This document shows positions 1-9,820 of a DNA stretch of 64,000 bases, one piece after another. The notes beneath the pieces were generated by a model. The model saw nothing but the letters and a program-made list of their open reading frames with translations. It made no database searches and was not told the origin of the DNA. Within the stretch, counting starts at the first letter, position 1; each line of letters opens with the position of its first letter. The translations under genes were made by a program, and so were the position numbers. Where the stretch lies: the IMG/VR virus record IMGVR_UViG_3300042351_000704, positions 45,552 to 109,551 of that record, one strand, 5' to 3'. Origin of the DNA: a virus.

Positions 1-1
1 A

Positions 2-907
2 CTGGCGGATAACCCGCTTGTTGGTGTAGGTGTACAAATGATCTATGATAATACCAATGAGATTATCTACATCAGTAAGAAAGATTACAAGCCAAAGGTT
101 AGTAACCTACTTTATGATGATAAAGGATTCTATTCTCTGGTAGGCACTGTAAAAACTTACCGTCCGTTTACCGATTCAACTGCATGGGAAGACGCCAGCT
201 GGACTGTATCATATGATCCAAAATCAAAGACCTGGATCAGCTACCATGACTGGAAACCTACGTTCCTGATACCTGGTAAGAATCATTTTATGAGTGTAAA
301 CCGTAACAGCATTTGGAAACACAACATGCGTTGCGATCTGTTCTGTAACTACTACGGTGTTGACTATCCGTTTGAAGTGGAGTTTATTTCTTCTACCGGA
401 CAGCAAACGACTTCTCTTAGAAACATTGAGTTCCTGCTGGAAGCATACAAGTATCATAACAGCTGTGCAGATAAGTTCCATGTACTGGATGAAAACTTTG
501 ACCAGGCTATTGTCTATAACTCTGAGCAGATCTCCGGACTACTGGAGCTGAACTTAAAGAGCAAGACTAATCCGGTGTCGATGTTAAACTTCCCGCAAGT
601 GGGACCACAGTCTATCAAGATCCTATACGCAAAAGAAGAACAGAAGTACAGGTTTAACCAGTTCTGGGATATTACCAAGAACCGTGGAGAGTTCAGTGCA
701 ACAACCAATGTACCAATGTTTAATACCAGGGCTAACGGATATGAGTTCCCGATTAACCCTCAGTATGTAAACTATCAAAAGTCACCACTTGAGCATAAGA
801 AGTTTCGTCATAACGTGAACCGTGTATTACTCCGTAAACTGAAGAGTGCAGACGTGAAGCTACTATTCAAACTATCTAACCAGAAAATATTACAATCACC
901 GAGGTAA
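2..907 (+). CDS. C-terminal part of a crAss-like tail stabilisation/muzzle-type virion protein (5' truncated by window)
   Basis: Frame is open from nt 2. Contains WISYHDWKP and other aromatic-rich beta segments like crAss-like tail stabilisation proteins. Lies directly before the cargo genes, with a TAATG overlap at 905-909. Confidence 0.55.
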   Translation: MADNPLVGVGVQMIYDNTNEIIYISKKDYKPKVSNLLYDDKGFYSLVGTVKTYRPFTDSTAWEDASWTVSYDPKSKTWISYHDWKPTFLIPGKNHFMSVNRNSIWKHNMRCDLFCNYYGVDYPFEVEFISSTGQQTTSLRNIEFLLEAYKYHNSCADKFHVLDENFDQAIVYNSEQISGLLELNLKSKTNPVSMLNFPQVGPQSIKILYAKEEQKYRFNQFWDITKNRGEFSATTNVPMFNTRANGYEFPINPQYVNYQKSPLEHKKFRHNVNRVLLRKLKSADVKLLFKLSNQKILQSPR

Positions 908-3900
908 TGAGTCAGTTCCTAAAATATATTACTAAGAAGATGCGTGGTGGTGGAGACATTGGTTCTTTGCCAGGTGTTCTTTCTTTGTCTGCTATCCAGC
1001 AAAAGATCAAGCTTGAAAAGGACATTAAAAATCAGAAGGCTAGAAATGCTCAGGCTACTATTTCTCAGTACATTCCAAAGCCTGGAGATCAGCAGAGAAT
1101 GAACAGAGCCAAAGATGCTTACCGTGCAGACCTTGCTAAGCCTTTAAACAGGGCAGCAGAGTCTCAGCTGGCAGCCAATGCCTGGAGCAACATTGTAAAG
1201 CCTATGCTGGAAATGGAAGGGATTGCATCTGGTGTTAGTGGTGTACGCAGTATGCTGGCTAAACCAAAGAGAATACCTACCAGTTTTTATTCTGATCCGG
1301 TGATTACTAGAGGACCTATTCCTAACCCATGGGATGGTAAAGGAATACGCGTGGAGATGGAAGGATCTTTAGACGTACCAGAAGGTATGATGCCTTATAT
1401 AGGTAGGGAAGAGTGGGTTCCGACTACACCTGCAGAAAAGGTGTGGGCATCTTTTTTTAACGGAAAGGCAAGACCTATTCCTCCTCCATATAAAAAACAA
1501 AAAGGTGGAGCTTATGTAGACTCTGTCTTTAATGCTCCAAATAATAAACAACTAGAATGGGTTCAAAGACTCTATCAAAAAAATGGTAAGAGTATTATGG
1601 TACCTGGACAAACTGAACCGTCTACACATTATATGGAAAGTGGTGATGGTCGTGTGTATCCAACTGTAGTAACAATGCCTGACGGTAGTTTAAAATATTT
1701 AGGTAAAGGTGCTTATGATTATGCAGACTCTACTAAAACTTACATAAAATTTCCAACAGATAATCAAGCCAAGTGGTTTGGTAAGAACTATAAAAAAGGA
1801 ACTGGTGTACTAGCTAAGAAAAAAGGCGGTCCTATAGTAGACCCTCGTGGTCAGTGGGCACATCCTGGAAAGGTTACACGTATACCAGGATCTGACATCA
1901 CTATGCAAGGTGTACCTTATCCTGTATTAGGTGTAGGCTCTAATGGTCAACAGCAAATGATGTATCCTGGTGAAAACTATGATTTTGGTGGTGCTGCGTA
2001 TGTAGATGAGTACCCAATGATGCAGTTTGGTGGTGGAACATTACTTGGTCCTTCTGGAATGATAATGTCACTAGCTTCTAAAGTTGCTAACTATTTTTCT
2101 AAACCAAAAAGTTCGGGAACTAATAAACGCATGACGACATATGGTCAAATGAATGATAGTTATGCTAATAGAAATAAAACTTTCTATGATAAGTGGCAAG
2201 CTAATGATGCAATAAAGTATGATAGTTCAGTGAACCCTATTAATTTAACTTCTGGTCGTTTTAGAGGAGCTAAGGTAGCACCAGGAATGATTAATGATAT
2301 AGTTAACGCAGCTAAAACTAATAATGTAGATCCATGGTTAATGTTATCTCTTGTAGGTAGAGAATCTACTTTTGGCGCAGACAAGGAGTATATTGACCAC
2401 AGAGAAGGTAATAAACAAGACTTAATTTCAGGTTGGAATGTAGCAGAAGATTATCAACCATATGAAGTAAATAGATACTTAGCTGATAAAAAAGTACCAG
2501 GTATTAAAGTAATTAAAAATAGTGATGGTTGGAGTTATGAAGTAGAAGATGAACAAGCTATAGAAAGTTATCTAAAAAGTAATCCCAAACTTATAGATGA
2601 TTATTATAAAAAATTAGCATCTACACCTGATCTTGGTAAACTAGATAGTTTTTCTCTTGCTGCTCAAAGGATTAAAAAGAAAGGGGTTAAGAATTACAAT
2701 CCCGGTGATCCTAGATATTCTTCTATGGTAAATGAAGATATGAATCTTTTAAAGAATGATGCTGCATTAAAAGCATACATGAAAACTCTAGGATATAGAC
2801 AAGGTGGAGAATTTGGTGGTGTTGTTAAGATGCAACGTGGTGGTAGATCTATGTTTGATCCTATATTTAAGGAGGATCCAAAGCTTAATAAAAACAGAGG
2901 TGATATAGCATCCTACTTTCCTCAGATACAAAGGATGAAGGATGAACCTAAGATAAAGGAGGCAATCGTTAAAGCTGATCAGAAAAGACAACAACAAATA
3001 CTTGCAGAGGCAGTTGCTATAGGTAATAAAAACAGAACCACTGTTAAACAAGATAATAGAACATCTAGAGAAAAAGAGATTGCTCAACAACAAGTTGTTA
3101 ATGCATACTTGAATGAAGCTAAAGGTAAGTCTCCTTTTGCTCAAACATTAAGTTCTTTCACACCAACAGGATATAATCCAGAGGCTAGTAAGATAGCCGC
3201 TGAAAACATAGGACAAATGACTCCTATGATGGGAGCCACTAGATTATTTAACACTGTAAGAGATCCTGAAAATAACCCTTATGGTATTGGTCAAGGGAAT
3301 GGATTTCTAGCAAATACATTAGGTACAATAGGATTACTTGGAGATGTTTTTGATGTAGGTGCTGTAGCTGCTCCTGGTGTAAAAGCTGCAGGTAATTATC
3401 TTACCCAACAAACACCTTTAAGAAATGCTCATAAGTTAAATCCTTATGCTTTAACTGATGATATGTTGTTTAACAAAGAAGGAGTTGTTAACAGACAAAT
3501 GTTTGGAGATGATGCTTACAACAGTTTTTTAAAATTTGGTCCTACTACTAGACCAGGTGTTCCAGAAATGGATAAGTTTATGGAATTTATTAAAGCACCT
3601 AGATCACAAATAAGATCTGCAAATGATGAGGTGTTTGAGGTTGTAAACACTATGGAAGATGGAGTATTTAAATATCCATATTTTCAAGAAGGTAGTCTTT
3701 GGTATACAGGACAGCAAAGAAATAATCTTGCTAAGGAATTAGGAAAAGAAAGAATTATAACAACTCCTAAGTCAGATATTTGGTTTGCACCAGCTGGAGA
3801 AGCTACATTAATGGGTGGTGATGATCTTGTTTCAAAAGGTTTAATAGATAGGTACTCAAAAGGAAGAAGAGTGTTGATACCAGGAACTGAGTACGCCAAA

Positions 3901-6171
3901 CCATCTAAGTATTCTGTATTTGAACCACATTGGTGGAAAGGTTATAAACAACTACAAAAAGATGGTGGTCAGATTTTAAATGACTATGATATAATGCAAT
4001 TAGGAGGTCAGTCTGCAAAGAAAAGTCCGTATTTTTTTATGAACTTAAATGATGACTTTACTACAATGCTTAAAAATAGAGACTATGTAAAAAGTGAGTA
4101 TAACAAGGGTATGGATTTTCATACTAAGTGGCTTAACTCGCCTATGTACAAGAGTATGATTAATGCATCTGATCCTGTCAATGCAAAAAATATTACTGAC
4201 CAACGTAAAGATCGTCTTTCTGCTGTGACTATGAAATACGTTGATGACCCATATAATAAAGCTGGAGCTTCTGCTGATCAATTAGGAAATATAGAAGTAT
4301 ACCCAGAAGGAATTGGTGCTAAAGGTATAGGTGTTCATGAGATCTCTCATGTAACAGATACAGGTCCAGGTCAAAATCTTATACCTACTAAAGATAGGAT
4401 TGATATATCAAGATATAGTCTTGCTTCAGAAAATATCCCAAAGTATAATGCTTATAAAGAGTATTTTAATTATGTTACTCGACCTTCAGAAACAAGAGCT
4501 AGGTTAAATGAAATACGCCAAGGAGCTTCTGAAAATAAATTATATGATCCATTTACTGAGAAAGTAAGTCCAGCTATATATAATAAACTTAAAAACTTCA
4601 AGTTTAATAGTACACCTGGTAGTGATCCTCTTCAACAATTAAGGTCTGCTTACAGTGATGAACAGATTTTACAAATGCTTAATAGTGTTTCTAAATTAAG
4701 TACTAATAAAAATAATGATATGCAAAACATGATGAATGATGGTGGAGAAATGATACGTAGAGCTGATGGCACATACTCTCGTAGAGGTCTATGGGACAAC
4801 ATACGTGCTAACAAAGGATCTGGCAAGAAGCCTACAAACGAAATGCTGGAACAAGAACGTAAGATCAAAGCTAAAGAAATGAAATACGGTGGTGGCACCA
4901 ACAATCCTGGCTTTGAAGCTTTGCCTGATTATGTACAGGCTAAGATCCTTTCTAACATGGGATATGGTGGAATGACCTATCCGTTTATGCAAAAAGGTGG
5001 TGAACCTGATGGATCTATGGCTCTTGGTCAAATAGATGCTGCTATGGATAAACTACAAAAGCTTCGTCAGTTTATACAACCGGATTCTGATCTCGAACCA
5101 TGGATAAGTTCTAAACTTACTATGATGGATGACTATGCAGATGCTGTTTCTGACTACATGATGTATAATCCAGATGCTGAACTAGATGAACTAGACCAAA
5201 TGAGAAATGGCGGATATGTTGTTACAAGAAGTGATGACCGTAAAGGAAAGACACATAAAGTGACCGGACCTGATGGTACTGTAAAATACTTTGGTGATTC
5301 TAAGCTGGGTCAGCACCCGGGTGATCCCGAAAGAAAAGAAGCATTCTATGCACGCCATAAAAAGAATCTGGATGGTAATCCATACTTCAGAGCGTTTGCA
5401 AGAGAGACATGGGCAGATGGTGGTGCTCTAGAATATGGTATGGGTGGAATGCCTTGCTATGAGTGTGGTGGCGCTATGTATAAAGAAGGTGGAATGTACG
5501 ACTGTCCTGATCAGGAAAAAGATCCTGTAACAGGTAAATGTAAAGCTGAGGTTGTTCGTGGTAGAGAAGCAAATGCAGCTAACAAAGCAGCTAATGCAGA
5601 CATGAACGCATGGGCTAAGCAAGTTGCTGCTATGGATAAAGAAGTTGCTAAACAGAATGCTGCTCAGTATGCAGGACAAAGAAGTTTTGATTATGACTGG
5701 ATGCAATCTCCTGTAGATAAAGCAGAGAAGAAAGCAGCCATTGCTCAATACAAACAATTTATTCAGCAGAACCCTAACGTATTTGTAGCAGATGATTCAT
5801 CCGGGGTTAGCCCAGAACAGAAGTATATCATTGCTTCTAAGCTTAAGCAAAAGTCAAGCACTCCAATGGGGTCCAAAGCATTTCAGCAAAAGTTTAACCA
5901 GGATGCACGCTTACTAGATCTTGGACGTATACAGTCTGACATTGTTCCTTTAATGGGTGGCTGGAGTGGAATTCAGAACTGGCTTTTTGGTAATAAAAAA
6001 TTCGGTGGCTACATAGGACAAGACGGAAAACGTCACATGTCTAAAACACCTACCTGGTCTGGTAATGCCGGTTATAAACAAGGCGGTCCGGTTATAGGAG
6101 AAGAGATGGAAGTAACTCCGGAGCAACTGGAACAACTTCGCGCACAAGGCTATGAATTTGAAATAATCTAA
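907..6171 (+). CDS. 1754-aa modular virion cargo protein (SLT-like lysozyme, zincin HExxH, DUF5754-like and other small modules separated by xxxGG motifs)
   Basis: AAKTNNVDPWLMLSLVGRESTFG (SLT motif), GVHEISH...ETRARL (zincin), RKGKTHKVTGPDGTVKYFGD..H..D.ERKEAFYARH. About 19 MQxGG/YKxGG/KKxGG motifs. Confidence 0.75.
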   Translation: MSQFLKYITKKMRGGGDIGSLPGVLSLSAIQQKIKLEKDIKNQKARNAQATISQYIPKPGDQQRMNRAKDAYRADLAKPLNRAAESQLAANAWSNIVKPMLEMEGIASGVSGVRSMLAKPKRIPTSFYSDPVITRGPIPNPWDGKGIRVEMEGSLDVPEGMMPYIGREEWVPTTPAEKVWASFFNGKARPIPPPYKKQKGGAYVDSVFNAPNNKQLEWVQRLYQKNGKSIMVPGQTEPSTHYMESGDGRVYPTVVTMPDGSLKYLGKGAYDYADSTKTYIKFPTDNQAKWFGKNYKKGTGVLAKKKGGPIVDPRGQWAHPGKVTRIPGSDITMQGVPYPVLGVGSNGQQQMMYPGENYDFGGAAYVDEYPMMQFGGGTLLGPSGMIMSLASKVANYFSKPKSSGTNKRMTTYGQMNDSYANRNKTFYDKWQANDAIKYDSSVNPINLTSGRFRGAKVAPGMINDIVNAAKTNNVDPWLMLSLVGRESTFGADKEYIDHREGNKQDLISGWNVAEDYQPYEVNRYLADKKVPGIKVIKNSDGWSYEVEDEQAIESYLKSNPKLIDDYYKKLASTPDLGKLDSFSLAAQRIKKKGVKNYNPGDPRYSSMVNEDMNLLKNDAALKAYMKTLGYRQGGEFGGVVKMQRGGRSMFDPIFKEDPKLNKNRGDIASYFPQIQRMKDEPKIKEAIVKADQKRQQQILAEAVAIGNKNRTTVKQDNRTSREKEIAQQQVVNAYLNEAKGKSPFAQTLSSFTPTGYNPEASKIAAENIGQMTPMMGATRLFNTVRDPENNPYGIGQGNGFLANTLGTIGLLGDVFDVGAVAAPGVKAAGNYLTQQTPLRNAHKLNPYALTDDMLFNKEGVVNRQMFGDDAYNSFLKFGPTTRPGVPEMDKFMEFIKAPRSQIRSANDEVFEVVNTMEDGVFKYPYFQEGSLWYTGQQRNNLAKELGKERIITTPKSDIWFAPAGEATLMGGDDLVSKGLIDRYSKGRRVLIPGTEYAKPSKYSVFEPHWWKGYKQLQKDGGQILNDYDIMQLGGQSAKKSPYFFMNLNDDFTTMLKNRDYVKSEYNKGMDFHTKWLNSPMYKSMINASDPVNAKNITDQRKDRLSAVTMKYVDDPYNKAGASADQLGNIEVYPEGIGAKGIGVHEISHVTDTGPGQNLIPTKDRIDISRYSLASENIPKYNAYKEYFNYVTRPSETRARLNEIRQGASENKLYDPFTEKVSPAIYNKLKNFKFNSTPGSDPLQQLRSAYSDEQILQMLNSVSKLSTNKNNDMQNMMNDGGEMIRRADGTYSRRGLWDNIRANKGSGKKPTNEMLEQERKIKAKEMKYGGGTNNPGFEALPDYVQAKILSNMGYGGMTYPFMQKGGEPDGSMALGQIDAAMDKLQKLRQFIQPDSDLEPWISSKLTMMDDYADAVSDYMMYNPDAELDELDQMRNGGYVVTRSDDRKGKTHKVTGPDGTVKYFGDSKLGQHPGDPERKEAFYARHKKNLDGNPYFRAFARETWADGGALEYGMGGMPCYECGGAMYKEGGMYDCPDQEKDPVTGKCKAEVVRGREANAANKAANADMNAWAKQVAAMDKEVAKQNAAQYAGQRSFDYDWMQSPVDKAEKKAAIAQYKQFIQQNPNVFVADDSSGVSPEQKYIIASKLKQKSSTPMGSKAFQQKFNQDARLLDLGRIQSDIVPLMGGWSGIQNWLFGNKKFGGYIGQDGKRHMSKTPTWSGNAGYKQGGPVIGEEMEVTPEQLEQLRAQGYEFEII

Positions 6172-6174
6172 ACT

Positions 6175-9100
6175 ATGAGAATACGTATAACAAAGAAAGG
6201 GTTAGCTAGTTACCAGGGTGCCATTGGTTCAAGCCAGGTTGGTGATCCAAATGATGCATGGATTCGTAAGATCCTTGAATATGAAGCACAGAAAGGATCT
6301 GCTACAGGTAGTGGTTTGTCTAACTTTGGGTATAATAATTGGCAAAAGCTAGGTCATAAAAACCCTCCTCGTTCATTAGATGAAGCTGTAGAATTTTATA
6401 AACAAGACTTTCTTCCTAAAGTACAGCAGTATCCCATGGGTCTTCGTGAGCGTATGGGAGACTATATATTTAATACAGGTAGAAATCCTAATGACTTGCT
6501 TCTTTATAACGCAGGTAAGATTACACTAGATCAGTTAAATAGTCCAAGTACATTTACAAATGAGTGGAATCAGTTTGGTCCTGAGATTGAAAAACAGTAT
6601 AGTAAGCCTAGCTTTATTAATAGCTTAGATGCTAATAAAGAAAATGTTTATAAAACTACAGGAACTTATGATGCCCCTGATCCATTAGATCCTACAAAGA
6701 ACGTTAAGACTCGCTATTCTTTAGATAATCCTAATCCTGCTTTTACAGCTACTTGGCAAGGACGTACAAATATGTGGGGAAATTATTTAAACCCTAAAGC
6801 TACTACATTACCTACACGTAAACCTGTTACTAATCCTACTGCACCACAATCAATTAGTAGCAAAACATCATCTGCTGTTCTTCCACCTACTGCTACTGCT
6901 CAAACAATTGCAGGTGGGTTAAACAATGACCAGCTTATGTATGGAGCTAATCCATTTGTTGTAACACAAGCTGATACTGATATGGCTGACCTTGCATCAA
7001 ACAGTGCTGCGTCACCTATAACACCATCTCCTTCACTTCCTGCAATGAATATGACAGGGATGAATTATGCATGGACTAACTTTGGTCAGGCTCCTACAGT
7101 ACCTACACCACGTGTAACTACAGTGTCTCCAAGTGGTGCTAAGACAACTACCGGTAATGTTGGTAAACCAACCGTTCAGTATCAAACAAACAATAACGGT
7201 ACACCGGCTGCTCCTTTTAATGTGGTGCGACCGGGAAAAAAACCATCAAGATCTCCTTTTGACCTGGTAGACCTGGCTTTGCCTGTTGCCCGTTACTTTA
7301 ATGCAGAGGCTCAGGTGAAAGACGCACGTATTAAAGAAATGGAATCCCGTTTCAATACGCTGCAAGGTGCTCCTAAGTTTCGTGGCAACTTTACAATCAA
7401 CGAAGGTTTATTCAGACCTGATGACAGAGGTGTAAACGAAGGAATGTTTAGTAATGGATTTTACGCTCCTACCATGCAATATGGTGGAGATATGATAGAA
7501 GATACAACAATGAACTCTATGAAAATACGTATAACAGGTGCGCCACAGATGGCGTATGGCGGACAATCAAACTATGGTCTTGACTTAGGTCAGCGTAATG
7601 TGTATGAGAATATGCAGGACAGTCTTTCAGAAAACAGTTCTGAATCTATGTCTGAGCAATCTGAAGCATACGGACCTCATGTACTGGAAGCCGAAGGTGG
7701 TGAAACCATCCTGCGTCCGGACGGCACACATTTCAACATCTCAGGAGACAGACATCACTCAGGTGGTGTAAAGCTAAACCAGGACCAGGCTCCTTCAGGT
7801 TCATTTATATTTTCTGATACCAATAAGATGAAAATAAAAGATCCGGCTATACTGGCAAAGTTTGGCGTTGCCTATAAAAAAGGTGGCGTTACTCCGGCAC
7901 AGATTGCCAAGAAGTTTAAGCTGAATGATTTTAAAGCACGCCTGGAAGACCGCACCAGACAAACTGATTCTATCGGTATGAACTCTGATACCCAGATGAT
8001 GAAAAAGAACATGCGTTCACTGGCTGAACTGGCTATGATACAAGAAGCGATGAAAGGAGAACAAGCTCCTATGATCAGCCAGGCTATCCTGGGATCTTCT
8101 GAAATGGCATATGGCGGACATGTGATGCCTAAGTTCCAGGGAGCCAAAGGTTCTTCTACTGTAAAAGGTGGTCTGGGTGAATGGAGCGATGACTATGAAA
8201 CATTAAAGACATTACTGCAGGATCCTAAGAACGCAGGCCTAAGAAAGTCTATGTTCCAGAACTACCTGAAAGACTATTCTAAGTCTCCATTAAAGAATGA
8301 TCCAAAAGGAGAAGACAAGTTTATACAAAACTTCCTGGAAGCTCAGCGTCAGTTCATGGGTATCCGTGCTTCTTATGCTGATAAACCAGATCAGCTTACT
8401 TCAGAAGACTGGGATCGTACAGGTAAAAACAGACGTTACCAGGCAGAAGCTAAAAAGCTTGGATATACTCCTTTAGCAGAAACAGACATCAAACGTTTTC
8501 AGGGTGGTTACCGCGCACTTGCAAAAGCTTCCCGTAATCCTGAGTTCTTTGAGAACTTCTCTAAATACTTCAAGTTATCACCTATAGGTGTAAAAGATGA
8601 GGAGTATTTAGGTCAGCCTATTTCTAAAGATGATTCATGGGTAGGTAACACTACTCTGGGTCAGCTGGCTCAACTGCGTGATGTAAAACCTGGAGAGCAA
8701 CCAAAGCCTCGTTACATCTGTGATGCTAATGGTAAAATTGTTACCGTAGCAACAGGTGGTTACGCCACTGCAGATGAAGCACGTAAATATTGTCCTGAAA
8801 AGAAAAAACCAGGTTCTAAATATGTATGTATAGACGGACAGGTAATCACCACTGAATCAGGTGTAGGTTATGACACTCCGGAAGAAGCAGCACAAAACTG
8901 TGGTTCAGAGCAGGGTAAAGTACCTTTTGAATTCCTGGCTCCTGATAAGATGAACATGGCCTGGAAGTTTAATCGTGCCGTTCCAAATATCTATTTACCA
9001 GAGATGTATCAGTTACCTAGACGTCAGTATCCTCTGGCGCTCGATGATTGGTTTGCCCGTGTACAAAACAGACAATCCACATACAACACTGCTATGGACA

Positions 9101-9759
9101 CTGCAGCAAGAACTAACCAGTCTCAGGCTGTAGGATCTTTCCTTGCAGGACTGGTAGGCGCACAGGATGCAACTGATATTGCACAAGTAAACTCTGCTAA
9201 CCTGGATCGTGTAGACAGAAGACAATTAGTAGATATGGAAACAGATTTTAAAAATGATGTCTTCAACCTGGGTCAACGTCAGGAATACAGCAAAGGACTT
9301 GCAATTGCTCAACAGCAATTTGATAATGCACTTAACAAAGGTGTGGGAGATGCAATACAATCATTTGCTGATGCGTATGAAAACCGTGGTGATCTTTATG
9401 ACATCAACATGCGTGATCCGTATTTTTATCGTCATCCGGCTAACTACAAAACAATCTTCAAAGGTTCTACCGGAAACATTTTTAATGCTGGTACTATTGC
9501 TGGTATTGGTACTAATGGAGCTGGTGGGTTTTCAGGTGTTGGTGCTTCTGCTAATGCTGTTTACAAAGATATATATGATGGCTTGACAGATGTGAAAGAT
9601 GAAAAAGAGAGATCAGCATTTGCAAAACAGTTAGCAGCTAATTATATGGCTGGGTCTCGTCAGACTAATACTCGGTCTTACGATGCGTTTGGATTCCCAA
9701 GATCATCAAGTCGTAGATCATCTAGCTTAAACTTTTTTAACCAGGATGATGACCAGTAA
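6175..9759 (+). CDS. 1194-aa virion cargo protein with N-terminal GH108-like muramidase domain
   Basis: KILEYE...NFGY...LDEAVEFYKQDF..YPMGLRERMGDYIFNTGR follows the GH108 pattern. Also has an EAEGGE..G.RH..GGV..FIFSD module, MQYGG/MAYGG motifs and a Pro/Thr linker. Confidence 0.65.
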   Translation: MRIRITKKGLASYQGAIGSSQVGDPNDAWIRKILEYEAQKGSATGSGLSNFGYNNWQKLGHKNPPRSLDEAVEFYKQDFLPKVQQYPMGLRERMGDYIFNTGRNPNDLLLYNAGKITLDQLNSPSTFTNEWNQFGPEIEKQYSKPSFINSLDANKENVYKTTGTYDAPDPLDPTKNVKTRYSLDNPNPAFTATWQGRTNMWGNYLNPKATTLPTRKPVTNPTAPQSISSKTSSAVLPPTATAQTIAGGLNNDQLMYGANPFVVTQADTDMADLASNSAASPITPSPSLPAMNMTGMNYAWTNFGQAPTVPTPRVTTVSPSGAKTTTGNVGKPTVQYQTNNNGTPAAPFNVVRPGKKPSRSPFDLVDLALPVARYFNAEAQVKDARIKEMESRFNTLQGAPKFRGNFTINEGLFRPDDRGVNEGMFSNGFYAPTMQYGGDMIEDTTMNSMKIRITGAPQMAYGGQSNYGLDLGQRNVYENMQDSLSENSSESMSEQSEAYGPHVLEAEGGETILRPDGTHFNISGDRHHSGGVKLNQDQAPSGSFIFSDTNKMKIKDPAILAKFGVAYKKGGVTPAQIAKKFKLNDFKARLEDRTRQTDSIGMNSDTQMMKKNMRSLAELAMIQEAMKGEQAPMISQAILGSSEMAYGGHVMPKFQGAKGSSTVKGGLGEWSDDYETLKTLLQDPKNAGLRKSMFQNYLKDYSKSPLKNDPKGEDKFIQNFLEAQRQFMGIRASYADKPDQLTSEDWDRTGKNRRYQAEAKKLGYTPLAETDIKRFQGGYRALAKASRNPEFFENFSKYFKLSPIGVKDEEYLGQPISKDDSWVGNTTLGQLAQLRDVKPGEQPKPRYICDANGKIVTVATGGYATADEARKYCPEKKKPGSKYVCIDGQVITTESGVGYDTPEEAAQNCGSEQGKVPFEFLAPDKMNMAWKFNRAVPNIYLPEMYQLPRRQYPLALDDWFARVQNRQSTYNTAMDTAARTNQSQAVGSFLAGLVGAQDATDIAQVNSANLDRVDRRQLVDMETDFKNDVFNLGQRQEYSKGLAIAQQQFDNALNKGVGDAIQSFADAYENRGDLYDINMRDPYFYRHPANYKTIFKGSTGNIFNAGTIAGIGTNGAGGFSGVGASANAVYKDIYDGLTDVKDEKERSAFAKQLAANYMAGSRQTNTRSYDAFGFPRSSSRRSSSLNFFNQDDDQ

Positions 9760-9760
9760 A

Positions 9761-9814
9761 CCTGTTAAGTTTAGTTTTAAACTTACCAGATTTTAGTTTA
9801 TATTATATATGTAG
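9761..9814 (+). promoter_or_regulatory. Candidate promoter for the ejection-protein operon: palindrome plus TATATTATAT motif
   Basis: Only sizeable gap in the first 32 kb. TAAGTTTA-GTTT-TAAACTTA inverted repeat. TATATTATATATGTAG (9799-9814) resembles TATATTATATTGTAG at 49888-49902. Confidence 0.5.
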
Positions 9815-9820
9815 TATCCT

